From an uncultured Bacteroidales bacterium (GTDB taxonomy: Bacteria; Bacteroidota; Bacteroidia; Bacteroidales; UBA7960), in assembly GCA_964491395.1 (NCBI GenBank), contig CAZBGI010000014.1:5714-69713 (forward strand): a stretch of 64,000 nt of DNA, written 5' to 3'. Below, in pieces: positions 1-9,893 of this stretch (positions are counted from its first letter, which is position 1; each line of letters begins with the position of its first letter). The notes under the pieces were generated by a model. It was given only the letters and a program-made list of their open reading frames with translations. It had not been told where the DNA came from and searched no databases. The position numbers were made by a program, and so were the translations under genes.

Positions 1-28
1 CAATAATAAAAACATCCCAATTCTTCAT
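1..28 (-). CDS. 5' end of a probable NAD(P)/FAD-dependent oxidoreductase (runs off the left edge)
   Basis: The reverse strand from ATG at 28 reads MKNWDVFII(G), which resembles the first beta-strand before a GxGxxG FAD-binding motif. Only 9 full codons are visible. Confidence 0.4.
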
Positions 29-336
29 AGTATTCCTGGTTTAATGGTCCAGACAAAGCTCCAGGATTTGCTGCAACTTTGTCAACTCGATGCTTCAACT
101 TAATGAATTAAATCTGCCTTTTTTCTACATTATTCTAAGGTTTATACGACTATTTTATCAAAAGGTTTTCATTTTTTACCTTTATGCGGGTTCGGGTCAA
201 AGGAAAAAAAACATCGTGGAACTAACATGGCACTCAGTTTTTCTTATTGAATGATGAGTGCCTGTAATCTTATCAATTTCTTTTGAAGGAAATCTGAAAT
301 ATTGTATTTTTATGCCCGGTTTAAATCCTTATCATC

Positions 337-600
337 ATGAAAATGGGAAACAGACAACCCCACGAACAAGTCAAAAAAGCTAAATCCAACCCCTACGCAG
401 GATCGGGCTGGATTTACCAGGGTATTATTTTTGCCATACTTCTGTTTGTCATAATGTATATCTTGTACCCATGGATAACCGGAGACGATATTACAGCGAA
501 AAGCCTCCTGGTGGGAGCGTTCTCTTCCATGATAGGGGGCCTGGTATATGGTGCGATCATGAAGTGGTTGTATAAATCAAAAATGATTAAAGACAAGTGA
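337..600 (+). CDS. Small membrane protein with two TM segments, unknown function
   Basis: 87-aa ORF with two hydrophobic segments (GIIFAILLFVIMYILYPW; LLVGAFSSMIGGLVYGAIM) and a basic tail. Confidence 0.65.
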   Translation: MKMGNRQPHEQVKKAKSNPYAGSGWIYQGIIFAILLFVIMYILYPWITGDDITAKSLLVGAFSSMIGGLVYGAIMKWLYKSKMIKDK

Positions 601-731
601 GGATGAGCCGCCTTGTTTTGGAGATAGCCCGGTAAATGCTCTGTTTCAGGCTCTCGGATGCGACTCAATGCACCATGAATCCTCCTTGCAATCATTTTCA
701 TTTCTTACTTACACTCAATAGTAGACATATT

Positions 732-1436
732 ATGAAATCAGTAATATTTTTTGTTTCCCTGTTGTTGATGATAGTTTTAAGTTGTAACTCTGACAAGATG
801 AAGCAGTCTGATAAAAATGATACTTTGACATATCTTGCCTTGGGAGATTCCTATACCATCGGGGAGGGAGTCTCTGAGAAAGCAAGTTATCCCGTTTTGT
901 TGCAGGATAGCCTGACAGCTTCGGGTATTGATTCTCTGGATGTGCAGATTGTTGCCCGAACCGGGTGGACCACGGATGAACTCCGGGAAGCTTTGGATAG
1001 TGCTCAGCTCCGCCCTCCCTACGATCTGGTAACCTTGCTTATTGGAGTTAATAACCAGTACCGGGGTCGCACACCTGAAAGTTACCGTCCTGAATTTGTG
1101 AATCTCCTGCAAAGAGCGGTTGAGTATGCAGGTGGAAACAGCGAAAAGGTGATAGTGCTTTCGATTCCCGACTGGGGGGTAACCCCATTTGCCCGGGGAA
1201 GAGACCGTGAGCAGATTTCCCTGGAGATTGATGCCTATAATGCCATCAACCGCGAAGAGTCGGAGAAGGCCGGCGTAGCATGGGTGGATGTAACTCCTGT
1301 ATCACGCGAAGCAACAGCGAACCCGGAATTGCTGGCCTCCGATGGTTTGCACCCTTCCGGTTTGATGTACCGGCTTTGGGTGAATGAAGTATTTCCGGTG
1401 GCCATGGAAAAACTCGAACGGAAAAAATCTGGATAA
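732..1436 (+). CDS. SGNH/GDSL hydrolase, probable lipoprotein
   Basis: Contains LALGDSYTIG, GWTT, LIGVNNQY and DGLHPS blocks. ATG 732 gives a signal peptide ending LSC. Confidence 0.9.
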   Translation: MKSVIFFVSLLLMIVLSCNSDKMKQSDKNDTLTYLALGDSYTIGEGVSEKASYPVLLQDSLTASGIDSLDVQIVARTGWTTDELREALDSAQLRPPYDLVTLLIGVNNQYRGRTPESYRPEFVNLLQRAVEYAGGNSEKVIVLSIPDWGVTPFARGRDREQISLEIDAYNAINREESEKAGVAWVDVTPVSREATANPELLASDGLHPSGLMYRLWVNEVFPVAMEKLERKKSG

Positions 1437-1500
1437 GAAATGGTTGTCGGGCCCGGCAAAGTATCTAACCCTCTAACCCTTCTCTCATTTAATCTGAAAA

Positions 1501-2778
1501 ATGGATCTCTATACAAAAGAATACGCTGTTGAACAGGATGCAAAGGATCTCCTGCAGCACTTCAGAACCCGATTTATCAACCCTACGGCTGAATTGATTT
1601 ATCTTGACGGGAATTCACTGGGAATGCTCCCGGCTGATACTGCCGGACATATGAACCAGGTGATAACAGACGAATGGGGCACGGGACTGATTCGAAGCTG
1701 GAACACCGGTTGGTACGAACGTTCGCAGCAGCTGGCTGCTCAGCTGGCCCCCCTTGTCGGGGCACAACCCGGCGAAGTAATGATTGCCGACAGCACCTCG
1801 GTTAATCTCTTCAAACTGGCATACGCTGCTTTGCAGCACCAGCAGGGACGCTATGGAATTGTAAGTGATCAACTCAACTTTCCTTCTGATATTTATGTAT
1901 TGCAGGGACTGGTGGAATTATTGGGCAACCGGCATCGCTTAACACTGGCACAAGCTGAGGATGGCATGAGCGTGACAATGGATGAGCTGGATAAACATCT
2001 TTCCGGAGATACTGCATTGCTCACCCTTTCTCACGTGGTTTTTAAGAGTGCTTTTATGTATGATATGAAAGCGGTGACTGCCAGGGCCCACGAAAAAGGT
2101 GCAATGGTGCTTTGGGATTTGAGCCATGCTGCGGGTGCTGTTCCTGTACATCTTAATGAAAGCCATGCAGACCTTGCCATCGGGTGCACCTACAAGTACC
2201 TCAATGGGGGTCCGGGAGCCCCGGCATTTTTATATGTCCGGAAGGATTTGCAGGAAAAGCTCAAATCTCCCATTCAAGGATGGTTCGGACAGGAGAATCC
2301 TTTTGATTTTAACCTGAAGTACCGGCCCGCTGCAGGAATAAACCGGTTTCTGGCCGGCACACCTCCAATGCTGTCCGTTTCGGCTCTTGAACCCGCGCTG
2401 AAGCTAATGAATGACGCAGGCATTCAGAACCTGAGGAAGAAAAGTGTTTTACAAACAAACTATCTTATATCTCTGGTGGAAGAATACCTCATGCCTCACG
2501 GCTTTACACTTTCTTCTCCCAAAGATGAAAATCAAAGAGGGTCACACGTATCCATCCGGCATCCTGAGGCCTACCGCATTTGTAAAGCACTCATCGATCC
2601 TCTTACAGGAAATAAAGTGGTCATCCCCGATTTTCGTGAGCCCGATAATATCCGCCTGGGCATTGCACCCTTGTATAATACATTTCTGGATATTTATGAG
2701 GCGGTACAGGAAATAAAGCTGATAGTGGAGCAGGAGCTTTTCATCAAGTTTCCGCCTACGCGCGAAAGTGTTACCTGA
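1501..2778 (+). CDS. kynU: Kynureninase
   Basis: YLDGNSLG, NFPSDIY, WDLSHAAGA, GCTYKYLNGGPGA (PLP lysine), RGSHVS and DFREPDNIR motifs. Confidence 0.93.
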   Translation: MDLYTKEYAVEQDAKDLLQHFRTRFINPTAELIYLDGNSLGMLPADTAGHMNQVITDEWGTGLIRSWNTGWYERSQQLAAQLAPLVGAQPGEVMIADSTSVNLFKLAYAALQHQQGRYGIVSDQLNFPSDIYVLQGLVELLGNRHRLTLAQAEDGMSVTMDELDKHLSGDTALLTLSHVVFKSAFMYDMKAVTARAHEKGAMVLWDLSHAAGAVPVHLNESHADLAIGCTYKYLNGGPGAPAFLYVRKDLQEKLKSPIQGWFGQENPFDFNLKYRPAAGINRFLAGTPPMLSVSALEPALKLMNDAGIQNLRKKSVLQTNYLISLVEEYLMPHGFTLSSPKDENQRGSHVSIRHPEAYRICKALIDPLTGNKVVIPDFREPDNIRLGIAPLYNTFLDIYEAVQEIKLIVEQELFIKFPPTRESVT

Positions 2779-4120
2779 GAATATCCGATTCGGGCAAGCC
2801 AAATTCTTCTTCCATTTTTATGTCCAGGTCCTCCAGTTTGTTGAGGATAGGATTGTAAATACCCGGCAGCACAGGGATATGTACCCCTTTCTCTGCGATG
2901 TCTCCGTTAAGTATCATCTCAACTCCCACAGCAGCAGGCAAAGCTACCGTTCTGGCCACAGCCGTGTTGGTTGACGGGGTTCCGAAATCGAGCATGGTAG
3001 ATTTGATGACTTCCCTGGCAGCATCGGGGTAAGAGGCAAGGAAAACATGTTGCATTGCCACCATGTCGCGATCTTCATTGCCCATTTGCATTTTTTCGAT
3101 CATCAGGTCCGACGTTATTTCAAAAGGAGTGTCTTGTTGGCGGTTCATGGGTTTTTTGTCAAACAGCCCCAGCCATTGCAGGGCTTTCATAGCATAGGCA
3201 TCCTCAGGCAAACCCAGGTATTCCGCGGTTTTTTTCCTGATGTTGTTCGTGTTGGATTCCCCAATAAGCATGCTAATCATGTCGGCATAAGTTTTTCCTG
3301 TAAAGTCGTAACTATCGCTGGTAAGCAGTTTGAGCGTTTTCAGGGCATCAATAGTTTCGCACCAGCCCGGAAAACGAAAAGTACCGCGCATCATGGTTTG
3401 GGTTTCAGGTATGCCGTACAGGTCGATATAGGGAAGACTGTCGCGGTTGGGGTATACCTCCAGTTTGCCTACTCCCGGAAAATCAACCGAGAGAGGATTT
3501 TTGAAGAGATTCTCGGTAAGAACTTCTACCTTTTCACCATGGCGAAGATATTTTCCATCGTTGTTTCCTGCCATCACCACCCCTTTGGGACTCCATGAAA
3601 ATTTATATTTCAACGGATTGTCGATTGCCTCAGGTGCCGGTAGTGCTCCGCAGAGACTATAAAATTCTTCAATTTTTCCTCCTTTGTCGTGCACCTTGTC
3701 GATTATGCGCATGGCACTCATATGATCAATGCCGGGGTCAAGTCCCAATTCATTGAGGATGATGATGCCGGCATCGACGGCCTGCTGGTGTAAACTCTTC
3801 ATTCCCTCTTTGACATAAGAAGTGGTGACCATATTCTTTTTATGTTGGATGCATTTTTCCGCCACCATTATATGGTACACCCAGGGGAGGAGGCTAACCG
3901 TTATATCGTGCTCTGATACGAGCCAATCCAGTTTGTCAGGCTGATCTACCGTCCAGCCTATAGCGTGGCCGTTTTTGTGATGGGCGGTCATGGCCTCTGC
4001 TTTGCTTTTGGTGCGTGAAGCCACTGTTACCAGAAAATTTTTGTCTAGAAGGTAGTCTACCATGGGTTTTACTACCATTCCTGCGCCTAGAATGAGAACT
4101 TTTTTCATGTTTGAATTCAT
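2771..4120 (-). CDS. Saccharopine dehydrogenase (glutamate-forming, Lys9/AASS C-terminal domain type)
   Basis: VLILGAG Rossmann motif, VTTSYV, NELGLDPGIDHM, SLCGALPAPE, YKFSWSP, YPNRDS, RGTFRFPGW and ARTVALP. Confidence 0.9.
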   Translation of the reverse strand: MNSNMKKVLILGAGMVVKPMVDYLLDKNFLVTVASRTKSKAEAMTAHHKNGHAIGWTVDQPDKLDWLVSEHDITVSLLPWVYHIMVAEKCIQHKKNMVTTSYVKEGMKSLHQQAVDAGIIILNELGLDPGIDHMSAMRIIDKVHDKGGKIEEFYSLCGALPAPEAIDNPLKYKFSWSPKGVVMAGNNDGKYLRHGEKVEVLTENLFKNPLSVDFPGVGKLEVYPNRDSLPYIDLYGIPETQTMMRGTFRFPGWCETIDALKTLKLLTSDSYDFTGKTYADMISMLIGESNTNNIRKKTAEYLGLPEDAYAMKALQWLGLFDKKPMNRQQDTPFEITSDLMIEKMQMGNEDRDMVAMQHVFLASYPDAAREVIKSTMLDFGTPSTNTAVARTVALPAAVGVEMILNGDIAEKGVHIPVLPGIYNPILNKLEDLDIKMEEEFGLPESDILR

Positions 4121-4268
4121 GGGTTTGTTGGATTTGAGGGTTTGTGTTTTGGTTTTCAGGTAAACTGCCCTTTCCGGGGACTGATTGTTATGTTTTCATA
4201 TTTGTACTTTTCAACCAATATGATCAACAGTTTTTCTGGATGTTCGGGCAGTTTTAAATGCACTACGG

Positions 4269-5585
4269 TTATTCTTGCACAAAATCGCTGATATACTCAT
4301 AGTCGGGAGTCAGTTTTCCGCGATGCAAAATCAAGGCTTTCCGGATGGGAGAAGGGAGCTTCAAAGAAGTTAGTTCGACGTTAAAGTCTGCTTCTGCAAT
4401 GGGTCTGATAAATGCGAACAGGGCATTACCAAATGCTTCGGAAGAATCCCGGGGAAGTTCACTGGGCAAAATATCCACAGCCATTACCAGTATCCCTTCT
4501 CCGTCAAATCCCATCTGGTGATTGTCGTGAATGGGGTTGTACACAAATACGGGATTCTCAATCTCTGTTCCCTGGTGGGTGAATTCGACAGAGCCATCCG
4601 GATCGCAGGTTACATCGCCTACAACCTTGAGCTTGGGTTCTCCGTTCTGATATAATTTCCGGGCAAATTCTTTGGTGAAGATACGAGGATACCGGTCATC
4701 CCAGTACATACAATTCATCAGGATGGTAAGATGGGGAATGTATTGTTCAAAATTGTTCTTGTACTTTTCCGGATGCTGATAATAGTCTTGTAACGTAAAG
4801 TGATGAGTTGTTTCTTTAGGCTTGCTGATGTGCTCCTCCTTAAATACGATTTTATAAATCATATTGCGGGACACATTTTTTTGCTGATGGAGCTCTAAGA
4901 GCTCATCCGGAGAAATTTCTTTTATTGGGAGTAAATCGGTTATTTCCTGTGCTCCTTTGGATACATTGCCATACCCTGTAATTCCTATGGTGAGGGGGTG
5001 CAGTTTTTCGGGTATCCCTTCTTTCTTTAATGTTTCTCCCAATGCCGCAATTTGCTGTTTGGCCTGGGCTACTGAATCATATTCGCAGGATTGTTTCAGA
5101 CTCAAAAAAGGATTGTTGGTAAATCCCTGCTTTTTAAGTCTTTGCCCCAGGCTCCACAGGGAGTTGATCATTCCTGCCAACCCCGCATATCTTCCGAAGA
5201 AAATCAGCCGCTTATTGTGCTCATCTTCCACTTTTTCATAATCAATCAGGTTGCATTTCAATTCCATCATTCTTCGTAGCATGGGCATGTTGTAGGGTTG
5301 TCCTTTGATTACGTGGGAGAAAAAAATGTATGTTTTGCCCGGTTCAAAATAATCTGTCGGTATTTCTTTTACGCCCATGATGATTGGACAGTCAGCAAGG
5401 TTTTCGGCAATGGTAGCGCCCGCAGCCTCATATTCCTGATCGGTGAAAATCCGCTTAGGTGATTGTTGAATGACAAACTCCAGGGCATGATCGGTAATGA
5501 GGTTTTTGATGTGGAAAGGGGTGAGGGGGGTACGACGTTCTGCGGTATATTTATCTTCATGTCTGATTCCGATTTTTGCGCTCAT
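4269..5585 (-). CDS. Lysine-ketoglutarate reductase / saccharopine dehydrogenase (lysine-forming), AlaDH/PNT fold
   Basis: GIRHEDK..ERRTPLTP, GVKEIP, FFSHVIKGQPYNM, IDYE, FGRYAG, GYGNVSKGA, DVTCDPDGS and MAVDILPSELPRDSS match the AASS N-terminal LKR domain. Confidence 0.88.
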   Translation of the reverse strand: MSAKIGIRHEDKYTAERRTPLTPFHIKNLITDHALEFVIQQSPKRIFTDQEYEAAGATIAENLADCPIIMGVKEIPTDYFEPGKTYIFFSHVIKGQPYNMPMLRRMMELKCNLIDYEKVEDEHNKRLIFFGRYAGLAGMINSLWSLGQRLKKQGFTNNPFLSLKQSCEYDSVAQAKQQIAALGETLKKEGIPEKLHPLTIGITGYGNVSKGAQEITDLLPIKEISPDELLELHQQKNVSRNMIYKIVFKEEHISKPKETTHHFTLQDYYQHPEKYKNNFEQYIPHLTILMNCMYWDDRYPRIFTKEFARKLYQNGEPKLKVVGDVTCDPDGSVEFTHQGTEIENPVFVYNPIHDNHQMGFDGEGILVMAVDILPSELPRDSSEAFGNALFAFIRPIAEADFNVELTSLKLPSPIRKALILHRGKLTPDYEYISDFVQE

Positions 5586-5803
5586 AGAGGTTTTGTTTTA
5601 ATCGTTTATAATTTTTCTGTAACAAACATACATAAATTTTCGGCAATATTTAAAATTCATACCGTAAATGTATATCAGTTTGCTCTTGCTGTATTAAAAT
5701 TACAACAATTCAAGGACAGGGCAAGCTTTAACCTATTCTTAACAAGGAGTCCGCAGGCAATAGATTATCTTTGCGTTTTTAAAATTTAAAATTGCATTAT
5801 AAG

Positions 5804-6595
5804 ATGATTCGACTGATTGCCACAGATATGGACGGGACTTTGCTCAACGATAATAAAGCCATTGATCCTTCCTTCTGGCAGGTGCATCAACAATTGACTG
5901 CGCAGGGTGTATTGTTTATAGTAGCCAGTGGAAGGCAATATTATAAATTACAGGAGCAGTTTGAGCGAATTAATGATGGGATTATTATCCTGGCTGAAAA
6001 CGGGACTTTTGTAAAGCACAGGGGGGAGGAAATTCTCGTCAGCCAGTTGCCACTGCAGGATGCGCGTAGTTTTATTGAAAAGGGAAGGGGGGTGCCCGAT
6101 ACAGAGTTGATTCTTTGTGGAAAACATTCAGCGTATGCAGAGAGCCGCTATGAGCCTTTTATTGAAGATGCATTGAACTATTACCGCCGGTTTGAAATAG
6201 TGGATGATTTGATGCAGATTGAAGATACAGTGCTCAAGGTTACCCTGTGGGATCATCAAAATGCGGAGTTCAATGCCTATCCTCATTTTAAATCATACAG
6301 AGAAGACTTTAAGGTAGCTGTGGCAGGAGACGTATGGCTGGATATAACCCATAAAAATGCCAGCAAGGGAATTGCCATACAGAAGATACAGGAATGGTTT
6401 GGGATCTCTCCTGAAGATACCCTGATTTTTGGGGATTACCTTAATGATTTGGATATGATGGGAGTGGGCTACCACAGTTATGCCATGAAAAATGCACATC
6501 CGAAAATACTGGAAATATCCAGGTTTGTTACCCGTTTCGATAACAATAACAATGGGGTAGTGGAAACCATTAAAGAGTTGTTTGATCTTCACTAG
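5804..6595 (+). CDS. Cof-type HAD-IIB hydrolase
   Basis: IATDMDGTLL, ASGR, ENG, SKG and FGDYLNDLDM motifs. A TATCTTTG -7 box lies at 5766-5773. Confidence 0.9.
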   Translation: MIRLIATDMDGTLLNDNKAIDPSFWQVHQQLTAQGVLFIVASGRQYYKLQEQFERINDGIIILAENGTFVKHRGEEILVSQLPLQDARSFIEKGRGVPDTELILCGKHSAYAESRYEPFIEDALNYYRRFEIVDDLMQIEDTVLKVTLWDHQNAEFNAYPHFKSYREDFKVAVAGDVWLDITHKNASKGIAIQKIQEWFGISPEDTLIFGDYLNDLDMMGVGYHSYAMKNAHPKILEISRFVTRFDNNNNGVVETIKELFDLH

Positions 6596-6809
6596 GAAGT
6601 GAGTTGTCTCTGTCATCCCACAGGATTATGGCCATAGGGCAAGTCTTTCGGACTTTTAGGATTTTTCTCCTGCTAAAGTTTCCAATCAATGTCGCCATGA
6701 CATCTTATCCCGGGGCAATGAATTGTTTATAGCCTGAAGGGATGGTACACCCGGGTGTGTTCCATCAGGAAGGGAACATTTTGAGAGATTTGCCGGAAAA
6801 CAATGGTTT

Positions 6810-8756
6810 CTAATAATAAAACCAGATGTTGCGGTAATCCCTGATATTCTCACCCCTTGCCGCCAGCTCTTCCAGGTAATCGTAAATTGGCACATCCACA
6901 TAATTGTAGGGGGGAACAGGTTGAATATTTTTCTCCCACGGATGGAACTCATATACTCTCGCGCCATTGGGCAGAATCATTACCAGGCGGTGATCCTGCC
7001 AGGCCATCAACTGGTTTTTCCCTAATTTGGGTACATTAAAAACGGGCTCATCGGTTCGGTCCAGTCCCGGAAGTAAACGGGCTTCTTCCTTGCGTTCCTG
7101 CAAGATACGGGCTATGGGCACCATGTATCTTTTTGTTTCCTCCTTACCTTTCATATTGAAGGTATAATAGGGGTCAACGCCAATGGCTTTTAAATCCATC
7201 CTTAATTTAACCGACTCAAACCTGCGGGAATTTTCTACGGTAAATACCTCCTGGTTGTAAACCATCATGCCGGCTTTGCGTATTCGCTGTACCGCGTCCA
7301 TGGCCTCGGGAGTGATTTCATAGTTGTGCTCAAAATGGGTAATGATGCTGATTTGGCGCTTGCCGGGAATCTGATAGGATGCAATCATATCAACAAATTC
7401 TTTGTCCCATCTCTGGGGCAGCACCACGGGAGTACGAGATCCCAGCCTGATGCGATATACTTGTTTTTTGGCCGTTACCTGCTCCAGGATATCTTTCAGG
7501 GTGTGAGTATTCATCACGCATGGGTCGCCACCGGTAATGAGAACATCGCCCACAGCAGGGTTTTCATCCAGCCATTGCAAGGATTTTCTTATTTCTTCTT
7601 TGCGGGCCATGGCTTTGGGATCAAGTACTTCGTCAATCTCCCAGTTGCGTTGGCAGTAAACACAAATTTGTGCACAGGTATTGTAGGGTTTCAATATGGC
7701 AATGCCCGGATACCTGCGAGTAACAAGGTCTACAGGCGATGTGTCGTGTTCACCCATGAAATCAAATTGAATGCCCCGGTTTTCCTTGCTTTCAATGAGC
7801 ATGTCTACGTAGTCGGGCGGTGGAATAACCTGTGCCCTGATGGCATGGTCATATCCAATGTTGAGTTTGTTATCCATCAAACTCAGGTAGTAAGGGGTTA
7901 TGCCAAAAGGTATTTTGTTTTTTATGGCCCTGTTGATGGCCTCTTTTTGCTCTTCGGTGAGTTCAACCAATTCAATGAGGGGTGCTGCATCTTTGATAAC
8001 ATTCTTTAACTGCCACTGGTAGTTGTTCCAGTCCTTTTCTTCTGCATTAAAATATTTCAGGATGCGTTTTTTGTTGGCTTTTCTCCATTGTACCACATCG
8101 TCGTCGAGGCCACTGGGATATTTACGCAGGTATTTTTGCATGTTGGACGACAATTCATTGAGAATCCCGGTTCGGACCTCAGACGCTGCTCTGCCGGATA
8201 ATTGAAGAAAATCTGGAATTCCTTTTTTTGCCTGTTTGGTTTCAAAGTAAATGTTCGACCGCCCCTCAACACCCCTGAAAAGATTGATAAATTCCAGGAT
8301 AAAACCGGGAGCTATGTTTTCTTTTTCTGTATCTGTTGGGGATTGCTTGCCATTGCGTGCCAATTTCATCAGCATATCCAGGGCTGAAAATTTGGTTCGA
8401 TATTCATTTACAGGGCCAATAATGCTTTTCAATACACGGATAGCTTCCCTTACAGTCGATTTTTCGAGGAGATGTAAATCATTATCTATGGCAAATATTC
8501 TCCTTTCCGCTTTTTCGAGATAGGTGTAAATCTGATCTCTCGCTTGTTCTAAGTTCTCAGCAGTTTTGAGAATCTGACTGATTTCCTCACTGGCTTCCCA
8601 TAACCTTTCCAGGTAGGCGTCAATATTCACCTGAAACCTGGGTTTCACCACATCAACAGCGTCGGTAAAAACGTCATCAATGATACGGGTGTGTAGCACC
8701 TGCTTTGGTAGTTTAGATGCTGCTTCTGCTTTTTTTCTGCTTTTTTGCTTTTCCAT
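6810..8756 (-). CDS. Long KamA-family radical SAM protein (lysine 2,3-aminomutase-like)
   Basis: WQLKN, FGITPYY, RRYP, CAQICVYCQR (CxxxCxxC), VLITGGDP, RLGSRTPVVLPQR, THFEH and VDPYY. Has a ~230-aa N-terminal extension. ATG 8756 is preferred over TTG 8819. Confidence 0.85.
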   Translation of the reverse strand: MEKQKSRKKAEAASKLPKQVLHTRIIDDVFTDAVDVVKPRFQVNIDAYLERLWEASEEISQILKTAENLEQARDQIYTYLEKAERRIFAIDNDLHLLEKSTVREAIRVLKSIIGPVNEYRTKFSALDMLMKLARNGKQSPTDTEKENIAPGFILEFINLFRGVEGRSNIYFETKQAKKGIPDFLQLSGRAASEVRTGILNELSSNMQKYLRKYPSGLDDDVVQWRKANKKRILKYFNAEEKDWNNYQWQLKNVIKDAAPLIELVELTEEQKEAINRAIKNKIPFGITPYYLSLMDNKLNIGYDHAIRAQVIPPPDYVDMLIESKENRGIQFDFMGEHDTSPVDLVTRRYPGIAILKPYNTCAQICVYCQRNWEIDEVLDPKAMARKEEIRKSLQWLDENPAVGDVLITGGDPCVMNTHTLKDILEQVTAKKQVYRIRLGSRTPVVLPQRWDKEFVDMIASYQIPGKRQISIITHFEHNYEITPEAMDAVQRIRKAGMMVYNQEVFTVENSRRFESVKLRMDLKAIGVDPYYTFNMKGKEETKRYMVPIARILQERKEEARLLPGLDRTDEPVFNVPKLGKNQLMAWQDHRLVMILPNGARVYEFHPWEKNIQPVPPYNYVDVPIYDYLEELAARGENIRDYRNIWFYY

Positions 8757-8851
8757 GGCTGTAGGTTTGATTAGGAAAGATAGGTTGGTGATTTGTCGGG
8801 AAGCCATCCCTAACGGCAAAGCAAAATACTAAAAAAATCTTAAACCACAAC

Positions 8852-8881
8852 AAAAAAGCCGGCAAATTTACCGGCTTTTTT
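8852..8881. terminator. Intrinsic terminator after porP/sprF
   Basis: AAAAAAGCCGG-caaattta-CCGGCTTTTTT, a perfect stem with flanking A/T runs. Confidence 0.85.
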
Positions 8882-8900
8882 ACGAATGTATAGAAATGTT

Positions 8901-9821
8901 CTAATTGAATATTCTTGGTGTTTTGGGAGTAACCCTTGTTTTGTTAAACCCTTCCAGTGAAGTGCTTATCATTATTTCATGTGATCCTCCATTGTATCCC
9001 CGGTTCACTCCCACGGCATAATCGTAGGCATATCCAACCTTTATATCTGGTGTAATAAAGTAGCCAGCCATGGCCGAAACTGCATCTCCCAGGCGATAGG
9101 AAAAACCACCCCAGAGCATACTGTCGTAATAGGCCAGGATATTGATATCGAACTGGGTTAAAAACCAACTGCTTTTAAAGAGAATGTAGGGTTGAATATC
9201 TACTGCGGGAATAACCTCCTCAAAGAGATATTTACCATAGAGATAAAAATGGCGTGGAGCATAGTCAATTTGGGAGCCTTCCACTGAGCGATACAGATGT
9301 GTGACTGCAAAACCCACCGTAAGGTTGGGATCAACATACTCGGCTCCAAAGTTAAAGTCGGGTCTGGTGAAGCTTTCCTGACCGTAAATGGCATTGGGGT
9401 CATTCATGTTGTCATAGATCAGATGGGTTCCGTCGAGGGTACGGCTTACAATTCCGGCTCCCAGCCCGAAAGTAACGCTGGATAATACGCCAACCTGCAC
9501 CGGGAAAGCATAAAATGCTCTTGCCGTGAGAAAACTTTCGTATCCCAGCCGGTCATAAACCAGGTTTACTCCCACACCCCCAAAGAGCTCCTGGATATAA
9601 GAGCTTGCATTGAGTGCCTGGGAGGAAGGGGCGTTTTCCCAACCAACCCATTGTTGACGGGCTACAAGTGATGCGTTGATGGTATTGGATAATTCAACTG
9701 CTGCAGGATTGAATATTACTTCATTGAACATGTATTGACTGAAATGAACATCATTCTGGGCCGAGCCCGGAAATTGCCAGATTAAAATGGCCAGTGTAAG
9801 TAGTGTTAGTTTTCTTTTCAT
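8901..9821 (-). CDS. T9SS PorP/SprF family outer-membrane protein
   Basis: HFSQYMFN..FNPA, RQQWVG..AP, WGGFSYR, GYAYDY, GSHEIMI and a C-terminal PRIF. Lies downstream of a type-B CTD protein. Confidence 0.9.
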   Translation of the reverse strand: MKRKLTLLTLAILIWQFPGSAQNDVHFSQYMFNEVIFNPAAVELSNTINASLVARQQWVGWENAPSSQALNASSYIQELFGGVGVNLVYDRLGYESFLTARAFYAFPVQVGVLSSVTFGLGAGIVSRTLDGTHLIYDNMNDPNAIYGQESFTRPDFNFGAEYVDPNLTVGFAVTHLYRSVEGSQIDYAPRHFYLYGKYLFEEVIPAVDIQPYILFKSSWFLTQFDINILAYYDSMLWGGFSYRLGDAVSAMAGYFITPDIKVGYAYDYAVGVNRGYNGGSHEIMISTSLEGFNKTRVTPKTPRIFN

Positions 9822-9893
9822 AATTGAAAATGGTTAATTCGTTTTATCGCCGGGAGCCGTTTATGATTATTGTCACTCCCGTTGATGATGGTT

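Noticed and set aside
6810-8756. KamA-like gene as ablA for N-epsilon-acetyl-beta-lysine osmolyte synthesis
   Set aside because: No adjacent ablB acetyltransferase, and the protein belongs to the long atypical type.
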